DNA of 53,548 bases, the filler included, from Diploschistes diacapsis (taxonomy: Eukaryota): assembly GCA_023645945.1 (NCBI GenBank). It is 4 parts of 4 records of this genome, joined end to end, with 100 filler letters (N's around TTAATTAATTAA, not from the genome) between each part and the next. Parts side by side here need not be neighbours in the genome. Positions count along the whole stretch, not along the records: positions 26,848 to 40,150 come from JALAIB010000671.1; positions 40,251 to 53,548 come from JALAIB010000672.1; 2 more parts are not named here. One strand, given 5' to 3'. Both the position numbers and the translations under genes were made by a program. Shown here piece after piece: positions 35,426 through 46,693 of this stretch (positions are counted from its first letter, which is position 1; each line of letters starts with the position of its first letter). The notes beneath the pieces are model-generated. The model ran no database searches. It saw only the letters and a program-made list of their open reading frames with translations, and was not told the origin of the DNA.

Positions 35426-37170
35426 CTAATTCTCCACACCAATCTTCACCCCCCTCTCACACTTGGGAACTACCTTCTCCTCCAACGATCCGCTATCCAT
35501 CCCGCGCAGCTCTTCGATCGCATCCCCAACAATGTTTACGGCGCTGCGAATCTGTGCCTCCGTAATCACTAGCGGCGGCGCGAGGCGAATAATGTTAATA
35601 TGCGTCGGCTTAGCCTGTGGAGCGCAGAGATTAGCACATCTGTCCTGAGAACCGCTCACACTCACATCTTTTTTCTCAGGGCCGGGGTCGCCCTTTCTGA
35701 GTCCGGATCGGCCCTCGCTTTGCGCTCGGGACTGACCTTCGCCTCAAGCTCGGGCTCCTCCGTTCCCGTAACATGAGCAATCTTAAGGGCTCGCCCTACC
35801 AGCAATCCTTTCTCCTTCAGCAGCATGCACAGATCCCAAGCGCTCTTGCCCCCCATCTTCCCCTCATCCACCACAATCGCGTTCAACAACCCCTTGCCCC
35901 TCACGACCTTGATTACGGGACTCTTCAAACCCAGCAGACCCTGCCGAAACACCTCCCCGAGCCGCTGCGCCTTCTCCACCAAACCCTCGTCTCTGACCAG
36001 CTCTAGCGCCCTCATCGCCACGGCCGAACCCAGCGGGTTGCCGCCGTACGTCGAACCGTGCGTGCCGGGCTCGATGCTTAGCATCACGTCCCGCCGCCCT
36101 AGCACGCACGAGACCGGGTACATGCCGCCAGAAATCGCTTTACCCAGCAGACATAGGTCGGGTTTGATGCCGGCCCACTCGTGGCATAGCAACTTGCCCG
36201 TGCGTGCGATTCCCGTCTGGATCTCATCGAGGATCAGTAGGATGTCGTGCTCGTCGCATAGCTGTCGGACTTGCGAGAGGTAAGTGTCTGAGGGCACGAC
36301 AATGCCGGCTTCGCCCTGGATGGGCTCGACTAGGAAGGCGGCGATCCGGGAGCTGTGTGTTTCGAACGCGGTGCGGAGGGTAGGGATATCGTTGTAAGGG
36401 ATGCTTTGGCCGGTGGCGGGGCATGTCGAGCCGATGTTTGGTAGATAGGGTCCATAGTTTTCGCGGGATTCGGGGTCGGTGGAGAGGGAGATGGCGGCGA
36501 ACTAGGTGCTGTAAGGATGTTGGCAGTAGAGATGAAGGATGATGGAGGGTAGTATAAGGGAACAGGGTGAAGGATAAGTAATGGAAAGGGAACGTACAGT
36601 CCGTCCATGGAAGTTTTCTTTCACGCTCAACACAATCGCTTCGTCTTGAGGCACCTTCTTGGCTTTGTACGCCCACTTCCTCGCAATCTTGATCGCCGTT
36701 TCGACCGCCTCGGCGCCGGTGTTCATTGGGAGCACCATGTCGAAGCCAAAGAACTTGGTGACAAACTCAGCGAAGCGGGGAAAGACATCGTTGTAGAATG
36801 CTCGTGAACTGAGTGTTAACCGCGAGGCTTGTTCCGTGAGGGCCTTGACGAGCTCCGGGTGGCAATGCCCTTGGTTCACGGCAGAATAGGCGGAGAGAAA
36901 GTCGAGATACTCCTTACCCTCAGGGTCCCAGACAGACGCACCCGAAGCGCGGGCGAAGACGATGGGGAGCGGGTGATAGTTGTGGGCTGCATACGTGTGC
37001 TCGGCGTTGATTGCTTCCTTAGTAGAGGCGGAGTGATAGGCGGAAAGGTTAGGTGTGCCCACGGGGGTGAAGGGGGTAGCGGTGGGTTTGAGAGTGCTGG
37101 CCTTGACGGATATGGTATCGTGGGTGCCGTTTGTTTGGGGCTGAGGATCGATGGCACTTGGCGGTGACAT
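35426..37170 (-). CDS. CAR2: Ornithine aminotransferase (class III PLP aminotransferase; CAR2/otaA). Exons 37170-36598, 36501-35800, 35614-35426
   Basis: [77 protein letters not shown] (PLP lysine), [28 protein letters not shown]. Confidence 0.97.
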
Positions 37171-37754
37171 GGTGATGAAGCTATAATATTAGTTTATCGT
37201 ATATATGCGTGCTTCTTGGGGATGGATGGATTGATGGGATTGGCCGATCAGCTGAAAAAGTATAAAGAGGGTGAAATGAAGCGATACAGTTTTCCGCCTA
37301 ATGGCGCAGGTACAAAATGGTGGCCACAATATATTTATTGGGGGACACAATTAACACAAGATTCAATTCAATGTACCTTCCAAGTCCAAAATCCGAGGAC
37401 GATGCTTTCCTCTTATCCCCTCGGAAGTAGAGAAAGACCTCGTCTAGCCTTCGATCGCTCTATACCCCTAAGTGCAGGTACACGCAGCTGGAATCCCATT
37501 GATATTCTCATCAGCTTATACTCTCTCCCAGCAAACTCTGTATGTGCGGCAATAAGCGGCCCTTCTGCATCCCCCACTCATCATTCTGGTCGTCCCCTCG
37601 ATGTTGGGGGTGAGGAATGGAGGGGTTCAGCAGCAAACAAACACATTATTAGCCACTGATGGCTGGCTGGTGGCTGAGCAGGGTCAGGGATGTTCCTCTC
37701 CTCCACTCACACTCCCCACCTACCGGTCTCTCTGCATTCTTTCCTTTGTAAACA

Positions 37755-40150
37755 ATGTCAAATGCACCCTCGTCCGAGGCCTCGACAAAGGTCGACGGCG
37801 GCATCAACGGCAATGCTAACGACAAGACGCAAGACGTGGGAGAGAGCACTGTGCAACGGACCTGGGACCGCGCTCATATTACCTCGACCTCGAGAGACAT
37901 CCTGATCTTCCTGGTCGCATTCCGCATTCTCAATGCGCTCAGCATCAGGACCTTCTTCCAACCCGATGAGTACTTTCAGTCACTTGAGCCGGCATGGCAG
38001 ATTGCTTTTGGGAAGGATAGTGGCGCATGGATAACTTGGGTACGCTTGCGACAGCTTCATACGTGTCCGCTCTAATCACGCAGCAGGAATGGAGGCATAA
38101 CCTACGCTCGACCATCCACCCGTACATCTTCGCTGCCGCATATGGCCTTGGAGATGCATTAGCCAATGTCCTTCACCTGAGTCTCTCCTACCGCGCCGAA
38201 CTGCTGGTAGCCGTCCCGAAAGTGCTCCAGGCGCATATCGCTGCGGTGGGAGACTACTACACTTGGAAGCTAGGAGAGAAGGTTTACGGTCGAGCGAGCC
38301 TACAGGCGTGGGCAGCGGTATGTTTGAGTCAATGTCCAATCCGACTCGAGATCGGCCTTGACTCCCGCAAAGTCTTGCCTGAAGTAACTTAGACTGATAG
38401 ATGCGCAGCTTGCCCTTACCGTCTGCAGCCCGTGGCAATGGTTCTGCTCGACGCGCACCCTGTCGAACTGCCTCGAGACGACTCTGACGATTGTCGCGCT
38501 TGAAAGTTGGCCATGGCACTGGTCGTTGCAGCCTACGGATCAAGAGGTGGAGGTTGAAGGCTTAAGAATCGAGCCCGCGGAAGAGGACGAAGCAGAACCC
38601 AGAGGGCCAATACCGTTAGTGCTGAATGCAACTAGCTAGCGCTTGCTGACTCGCCCAAGGAGCCTTCGAAGATGCCTCATGATCGCTGGCTTGGCTTGCA
38701 TATTACGGCCAACGAATATCCTGATCTGGGCCTCCTTGACATGCTTTATGCTGTTCGATATCGCCAAGCGTAACCGGTTCGTGCCATTAAAGTGGCCAAG
38801 TATGCCATTCCTAGTTACCATGACGTGGCCTGCTTTCCTACGTGCCACTAGAAAGGAACGAATCGTCTTTTTCACACAAGCCATAATATGCGGGTAGGTG
38901 GACGGTTGCAGTAACTGCTACTCGGACTAATGCACTTGGTCAGCACTGCTGTACTCGGACTCTCGACCTGTCTCGACAGGCAATACTACCAAAGACTTAC
39001 ATTTCCACCATTCAAGTTTCTCTACTTCAACATCGCGCAATCGCTCGCCGTTTTCTACGGCCGCAACCCTTGGCATTACTACCTTACACAAGGCTACCCC
39101 TTACTCCTGACCACCTACCTGCCTTTTGCGGTCCACGGACTCTTCAGTGCACTTAGGAGTTCCCCCGCGAAGATCGATAATGATAACGAACCTCGCAATC
39201 TCCCTTCCGCTATACGTTACCAGCTCGCCTCCATCAGCCTCCTTGTCCCCGCAATTCTATCCCTGATATCCCACAAAGAAGTCCGCTTCATCTACCCGCT
39301 ACTGCCAATCCTCCACGTCCTCGCTGCACCCTCCGCAGCCTCCTGTTTCCGCCCAGCGCTCGGGCGACAGCAACGACCTCTGCCGGAGACACCTCAGTCA
39401 ACAGCGCCCTCGACGCCTGTCCTCTCTAAATCCTTCTTTTCCTCCACAACCTCGCCGCCTTCAGCCTCGAGGATTCTTGACCCTTCTACGTCACCGCAGA
39501 GGGGATCGCCCCCGAAACTAGAAATAAGATCAAAAACCACGCCTCGCTCCTCGTCCAAAGCCTCTAGAGTCCTTGACACCTTAGACCTCTCTCCACCTAA
39601 ACCCTCCAACATACACCGCACCTCCTCATCTTCCTCCTCCTGCTCATCCCCCGTTAAACCCCCACATCTTCTTCCCTCGCCCGACATCAGAGCCTCTTCT
39701 TCCTCCGAACTCCTTCGCCCGCCATCTCCACGCTCAGCATCCCCATCTCCCCAAAACCTCACCACGCTCCTCCGCCCCTCCCTCCTGCCGCTCCTGCTCC
39801 TGGCCAACATCCTCCTCGCCCTCCTAACAACCCAACACCACCAGCGCGCGCCCCTCTCCGTACTCTCCTACCTCCGTCACCAACACGAACAGCACTACCT
39901 CCTCTCCCAGCCCCCCGCGGGATCCCGCCTGCCAGCCGCCGACTCCAGCATGACCGTCGGCTTCCTGATGCCCTGCCACAGCACGCCATGGCGCAGCCAC
40001 CTCGTGCATCCCGGCATCAAGGCCTGGGCGCTGGGGTGCGAGCCGCCGGTGCATTTGGGCCCCGGCAAGGGGAGGGAGGAGTACGTGGACGAGGCGGATC
40101 GGTTCTATGCGGATCCCGAGGGTTTCCTCGCGGAGGTGGGGGTTTGGGAG
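37755..40150 (+). CDS. GPI10: GPI mannosyltransferase 3 (PIG-B/Gpi10), 3' end lost in gap. Exons 37755-38039, 38087-38317, 38409-38614, 38660-38893, 38944->40150
   Basis: [100 protein letters not shown]. Confidence 0.95.
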
Positions 40151-40250
40151 NNNNNNNNNNNNNNNNNNNNNNNNNNNNNNNNNNNNNNNNNNNNTTAATT
40201 AATTAANNNNNNNNNNNNNNNNNNNNNNNNNNNNNNNNNNNNNNNNNNNN
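40151..40250. other. Assembly gap with artificial linker
   Basis: N44-TTAATTAATTAA-N44. Confidence 0.97.
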
Positions 40251-40479
40251 CTCCCCATCACACACTCCCAACCCCCGCACACACACGATAACCAGCCAGC
40301 AGCCCAGCCCCAGCATCTAGCCTAAGCGAGTGACACGACGATCAACGATCAGTAATTGGCCCAGCCTGTAGATAGAGTTAGGAACCCCCACTCCACACTC
40401 CAGCGAACATCCGGAATACAACGTACAACCCTGAAAGTACTTCTACTTCCCAGTACTACTACAGCATATTGATGGTTGG

Positions 40480-40510
40480 CCTTAGCCCTTAGCCCTTAGC
40501 CCTCAGCCCT
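40480..40510. repeat. Short heptamer tandem repeat, about 4 copies of CCTTAGC
   Basis: ccttagcccttagcccttagccctcagccct read directly. Confidence 0.75.
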
Positions 40511-41365
40511 TCAGATAGTGGCATGTAATAGTCGTAGCACTCCGTATATAACTTTGAGAGAGTGAAAACCCAGAGCACTGGAAAGAATCGAGTACACCCC
40601 CACTGCATGACATTCAACGCTAGGTACTACTAGTAGGTACCTAACGAGTCATAGTAGACCATAGTAGACAGCATCGAAGAAAAGGCAAAGGAAAAAGAAA
40701 GAAGAAAAGAGGGTGCTGGAACAGAACAGAAAAAAAAGCATTTTGTCAGCACCCAGTGTGACCCTCCTGCAGCAATATATCAGCACAGTTACTACATCTG
40801 GATAGTCCAAGACAGGATTGAGGGGTTCAAGAAAAGATTTGCTTTTTGTGTGGGCGATTGGCTATGAGGGAATGTCAAGAAGAACATTCAAGCAAGAATA
40901 TATTGCTCTTGTATTGGGACTTTTCCTGTAGAGATGGGAAATGTACTCCATACAAAATGATACAGTACGGAACTATGCATCACATGCGTCTTCCATGAAC
41001 GAGGCCGTCATGCTGAGACTGTCGTGTATTCACGCCGACCACGAGCCTGCAACCGCGTGCGGCCTTTGTGATCCCCTTGGCCCAAGCTTTGGGTTTTGGA
41101 TTCCTGAAAATAAAAACATGAACTTCAACGAAGTGCAAAGTTTCTCCGGTGATATGAGTGAAAGTGAAAAAAGATTTTGACATTATTACTCGCGATGTTG
41201 TGTGTGTATGCAGTGGCAGCATTCACGGCACCACTAAGTTCCGTGTCTGATAACAACCCTCTTTGATTCAGCATGATGAGAAAACCAAAACAAAGAACAG
41301 CCGCAACCATACCGAGGCGATCTGTCACTTCCTATCCTGACCTCTATCAATGACTCGAGCTGCAC

Positions 41366-43202
41366 ATGCCCGCTCGCTACGCACTTTCCAAGCGAAAACG
41401 TGTTGTGATTCTGAAAGGTATGGCAAGCTCTGCCAAGAGCAATGTCCAGGCGCTGCCCTCCGAGCCAGTCAATCGTCTGGAAAACGAACCAGCAAAGATC
41501 ATCACTCGAACCGAAGAGCTTCATGACAAAAGGCCCGCAAAGGTTCTGCCTAGTGTGCCAGCTCTTTTCAGTTCGCGGCCACTGCTTCGAGATGAACTGC
41601 AAACAGAAACCTCCATCAGTCAGGAGGAAACGGTTGATGCCTGTCTCCCATACTTGCTATGCGCCCAGAGCAGCGATATCGACCACGAGAGTCATGCTTT
41701 TCCAAGATTGAAGCGCCAATCACACATAGAATTTTTGCATGGCACCTTGGGACAGTACTCGCATTACTATACCGCCTACGATGCTAGTCGTCCCTGGGTT
41801 GTTTACTGGGCATTAGCAGGTCTATGCTTCTTGGGTGAAGATGTATCCCCCTATCGGGAACGGTAAGAAGCTATCAGGCATGGACCGAAATGAGATTGAA
41901 CGAGCTAAAGGCCAGAAGGGTGATCGAGACTTTTACAGCAGCTCAGAATGCCAGCGGAGGCTTCGGGGGTGGTCATGGGCAAGCTTCGCATATTGCCCCT
42001 TCGTACGCTGTGGTCCTTAGCTTGGCAATGGTCGGGGGCCCTGACGCGCTGAACATGATCGATCGGAAGTCATTGTGAGAAAGCACTTTTCTGTAATATC
42101 GAAGCTAATGACAATTGTCGAGATGGGAGTGGCTGGGTGAGCTCAAGTTGCCCGAGGGAGGGTTTTCCGTTAGCATTGGCGGAGAGGTGGATGTGAGGTA
42201 GGTGCTCCCAAGACAGCCAAGTTGAATGTACTCACCAACTCAGGGGAGCCTATTGCGCAATGGTGATAATCACCTTGCTCGGTCTTCCGTTAGAGCTACC
42301 TTCGAATGTTCCCGCTAGACGTGCCGGTCTCCAGTCTTTCCTCGATAACTTGCCTGAGTGGTTATCTAGATGTAAGCGACGCTAGCCTAGGCAAAGAAAA
42401 GAGCCGTGTTACGCTGACGCTTACAAAGGTCAAACGTACGAAGGAGGCATGGGCGCATTTCCGGGCAACGAAGCCCACGGTGCCTACGCGTTCTGCGTGT
42501 TGGCATGCCTCTGTATACTCGGACGGCCCAGCCAAGTAATTCCAGAGTCTGATCACGTATGCCTATCCCAGCCAGGAAATGGACTAACCGATGCCCCAGA
42601 CATCTTGATTTGCCTTCCCTAATATCGTGGCTTTCTGCTCGACAATACGCGCCAGAGGGAGGTTTATCGGGGCGGACAAACAAGCTTGTTGACGCTTGCT
42701 ACAGTCATTGGGTCGGAGGCTGTTGGCCTTTCATCGATGCTGCTCTGGAAGGCGTTGGACGACCACCGTCAAGCCGCACTCCGGGCTCTCCCGCATTATG
42801 GGGTCACGAAGGACTTGTCCGGTACATCATGTTTTGCGCACAGGAAGAGGAAGGGGGGCTTCGAGACAAACCATCTAAGTATGTAGATTCTTTGGGAGAA
42901 GCTGCACAATAATAATGAACTCTAGGTCTCCAGATGGTTATCATACGTGCTATGCGTTGGCTGGATTGAGCTCAATACAGCATCAGCAGCACTTCGAAAA
43001 TGACAGCAACACTCCGGAGCACCCATTGGGATCAGCGTTTAGATGGACACCACTTCAAGATAGCACAGATCGTCAGACAAGGGTAGCCTCCGCCCTCTTC
43101 GAGCCTGAAGACATCCTAGTACCCATTCATCCCATTTTTGTAATCCCGTACGCGGCTGTCACGCAAACGCAGCTCTGGGCTAGCACGAAAGAAGGCTTCT
43201 AG
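41366..43202 (+). CDS. RAM1: Protein farnesyltransferase beta subunit. Exons 41366-41862, 41916/41919-42074, 42123-42197, 42244-42371, 42429-42546, 42600-42878, 42926-43202
   Basis: DASRPWVVYW, GGFGGGHGQASHIAPSYA, GGEVDVRGAYCA, CQTYEGG, NEAHGAYAFC, GRTNKLVDACYSHW, GGLRDKPSK|SPDGYHTCY, HPIF prenyltransferase motifs. Confidence 0.95.
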
Positions 43203-45240
43203 TCGTTACGCAATCTCTTCGAAGAGGCTTTACAGTCTCCAGGGTTGGAATGCCCCTGGCACATATCTCAATACACAGCACATGGCCGTGGCCTGGCCCA
43301 CAAGGATGGAAGATAAGTTAGGAGCTGGTCAAATGATGCACGTCGTAACTGCCCGGCTAGACTTAGCAAATTGAGCGCAACGTGACCTTGTAACTTAGCG
43401 CGTAGAGATGGAGGTTCTTAAACAAGACGGACCTCCGAATCTCATTGCCTCTTTATTTATTTTTTTCTTCACGCAGCCAGGTACAAAAGCTCTTCAACGT
43501 GAACCTGCATTCCATTCTGCATTCGACACGGAGCGGGATCTCCTGGAGCCTTGAGAGCTGAGAGCGGAGCCGAAGCTGAGCGATAAATAGCCGTGCGAAG
43601 CTTTTCTTGTACCACTAGCTGCATACCACTTGTACGCAGTGTGTTTGCTCCAGCGGCCCAAGAGATTATTATCCCTCTGCCACCTGCGCAGGATCATTGT
43701 GCAAGTCCCGAGTACGAAGTGCTAGGTACTAGATATCTATCTTCCTCCGCTGAAAGTTACGCTCGCTTACGCCATGTCGATCCACAGTAAACCCCCGGTC
43801 AGGACCCAGTCTCCCAACCACTTGGTTTTTCATGATGAGAATCATCGAAAAGTTTTTTTAGCTGCTTGCGTGCCAGAAAAACCCGATTTATGTCACGTCA
43901 GGTCTTACGATATTTTAACTACCGTGGTAGTTTGATCGATACAATGGAGTGGAAGGCCGACTTTAGTTCTATCCCGACCCGCTCGAGCAACGTGACGCTT
44001 TCCCGGATCATCACATAACGGCCGATGGCTGGATTGGATCGTCGAGCGCTTGATTCTTGCCAGCTCATCAACGCATGATGAAATGCCGGCCTGTATGACA
44101 CTGTTCCACCTTCCTAGGTACGCCTGGTTATTCCCCCTCTGTTATCCTGCAGCACGCAAGAGGCAAAAAGCATACTATGTCGATTGGTGGCAAAATCGAT
44201 AGGCTACCGTCTCTTCGAATTCGAGAACGCTTCTCAACCTTAGTGGTTTATCCTGCTCGCAAATTCCTTCGAGTGGCGGCGCTCAAAGCGCTTCTTTATT
44301 TTCTTCATTGCCCGATAAATCTATGCCAGCCTTAGCAATTGCCAGGCTTGCCAACGCATCAATCCACGCTTCTGCTCCAAGCTACAAATGGGGAGTCATG
44401 GAATCGGAAAGAAATTTACTGCTACTCCTCGCAGGCCCGAGGAGCCAGATTACCAGCATCCTGTGTCGGCGCCGCCTTTCTATATGGGTATCCCTTGCAT
44501 TAGCAGCAACCTTCAACCCTTTCTTTGCATGAGCAATGAGTCCAAGATTTTCATGTTCATGGCTGCGGGGTTTCTCTCTTGCGCATTCCCATGCCGATTG
44601 AGGCCTCGGGCCACTTACTATCCTTTGGCCAATACTCCAACGCTGATTTACAAAGTATTGGCTTGAGCAAACCGAAGGCTCCTTGGAGGCAGGTGCTGCA
44701 TGTCAACCCCCAGTGTCTTTCGGACTCTCGGTTTCTTATTGGCCTCCTGCCCGCCTGAATGCCCAAAGACCCTTTTTAAAGCCGTTCGGCTTGCGTTCTT
44801 TAACTCGCCAACACATCATGGATGATGGTTCTATTGAGCCGCAACCGGGGATTTCAGTACAGTGTAAAATTTCCTCTAGCAAACGTTTTCCGAGTCCAGG
44901 ACTCCGCTTTCTGTGGTTGCATTGGCACGACTATAAAGTACTTTACATAGCTCTCCTCTCCCAGAGTCATCTACTTCTCTGCCCTGATTGACTTTTCATT
45001 TCTGCTCGTTCCTCGCAATCATTTGTATAGATGCAATAATAGTGGGTGGTTGTCTCGTCTCTCATTTGCTACGCTTGTCCGTTTTCAGCGTCGTGGCATT
45101 ATTGTAGCATGAGATATATCAATTGGACGTTGGGCATCAACCTCTGAAAGCGGCTTCCTCCTTCCGTACAAGGATTCAGCTCAGGCACCGGACGCTGCCA
45201 GTCTATTGGACGCAGCAACCTCTGCCTTGCGGTCACGGAA

Positions 45241-45990
45241 ATGTTTTATATGCAATATCTGTCCAGTAAGTCATCCTCGCGTCTCGATCCCCAATTCGGG
45301 ATTGAATTCCTTGGATTTCTTGGACTTCCGTGCCGTGACTCGTTATCCACGGAATTTCGCTTTTTCGTTTTTTGTTTTAGTGGGACCGCATTCTTTATGC
45401 TCGCGAAGCTGTCGAAGCGCGGTGTCGTTCCATCAGAATCCGATATGAGTGTTCAAGGCGCCCATGCTACGGTCATTTGCAAATTCAAGCGCGACGTCAG
45501 CCAGTGATCGATCCTGTATGCTAATAGGTTTCTCTCGATAGGTCTATGCCAACGCCGACAGTGGCCACTACCGTCGTACGAGCCTTATGCTACTAGACAA
45601 GGTATAAAATGTGTCGTCCGTGTCAACAACCGCGAATATCATACCGACGCCTCCTTTGAGAATGATGTACTAGCGAGTGAAAACGCTGCCATGCGTGCCT
45701 ACCTTATTTGCCGCAATTTCTCCGTGAACGACGGAATGTACCCCACAGGTCACAACCCTGGCGGAGCATTGCAGGGCTTGCCTGTAGCAATTGGGACCGA
45801 AAGGCGAAGCACCTACAGCGAGGATACAGATGGATCTGCTAGCAGTGGCAGTCGAAGTGGTGGAAGCAGCCCCGGATCCGACAAATTCCCCAACAGCTAC
45901 AGAGACTCTCGACGGCAAAGCGATGTCCGGAGTAATGGGGGAAGAGTTCTGACATATGGCGGAAGCCGTCGCCAATCGCAAAGGCGCTAG
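45241..45990 (+). CDS. Small fungal protein with a probable dsRBD-like fold. Exons 45241-45265 and 45542-45990
   Basis: GTAAGT..GCTAAT..TAG intron joins MFYMQYLS to SLCQRRQWPLPSYEPYATRQGIKCVVRVNNREYHTDASFENDVLASENAAMRAYLICRNFSVNDG; pattern L..LCQ...W..P.Y...C.V.V....Y...A.E.AA..A fits the alpha-beta-beta-beta-alpha dsRBD; the ORF track shows only the C-terminal half. Confidence 0.75.
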
Positions 45991-46693
45991 AAGCCTTGAT
46001 TTCTACGTCAACACGCAATGCAGAGATATCACTTCCGCACGACTGAACGCTTCTTTCAAAGCTAAGTCGATACGACCATGACCTTTACGAATTTGATGAT
46101 TACGACTGGGACGACATGATGGCACGACGACACGATTTAGAAAGCATTCACTCACGTAGCGGTCGTTTTGAGTAAGCGCACTTCAGCATTGGAGATCAAA
46201 GATTACAAAAAAAAAATTCCCTTTCAACAATAATCAACCTTCCCTCGTTTCAATAGCAAGCTCTAGGGTTCTTCTAAAACTAAGCATCCTAATGCTTATT
46301 CAATTATGAGTTGTGTGACGCATGGCATGCCCTTTCCTAGCAAGTTTCAACCCGCATCGCCATAATATACTCTGTCGTAGACATCCAATCTTCCAACTGG
46401 TCCCAGGAGCTGCGCTTCAACTACACAACAGGTGCCATGGGAAGAGGAGTACAGTAGACCTATATGCGAATTACTTCTGGATGCTGATGTATATGTTGTA
46501 GTTGCAGTTCACACTTTTGAACAGAATGGCTTATGATGTCATCTGGGCCAAGAATAGACAAGCTTTTCCTACTTTCGGCTTTTCAGTCATCAATTGCAGC
46601 CTGAGATTCGTCCAGCATTCTCAATCAACCTTTCGACCGGCTGTGTCTCGAGGGATCTGTTGCTTTTCCTCTATGAGATGAATCTTTGGGGAC

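Noticed and set aside
35640..35700. CUGAGA motif suggesting a TPP riboswitch in the OAT intron
   Set aside because: Downstream TPP aptamer elements (ACCUGAU/ACUUGAU, UAAU loop, GCG) are absent
40622..40670. Near-palindrome AGGTACTACTAGTAGGTACCT and direct repeat CATAGTAGAC x2
   Set aside because: Low-complexity TAG/TAC-rich sequence common in fungal intergenic DNA; no supporting element structure
41273..41340. ATGATGA...CTGA as a box C/D snoRNA upstream of RAM1
   Set aside because: No terminal stem; CTTCCTATC before the D box resembles large-subunit rRNA in sense rather than antisense orientation; likely chance
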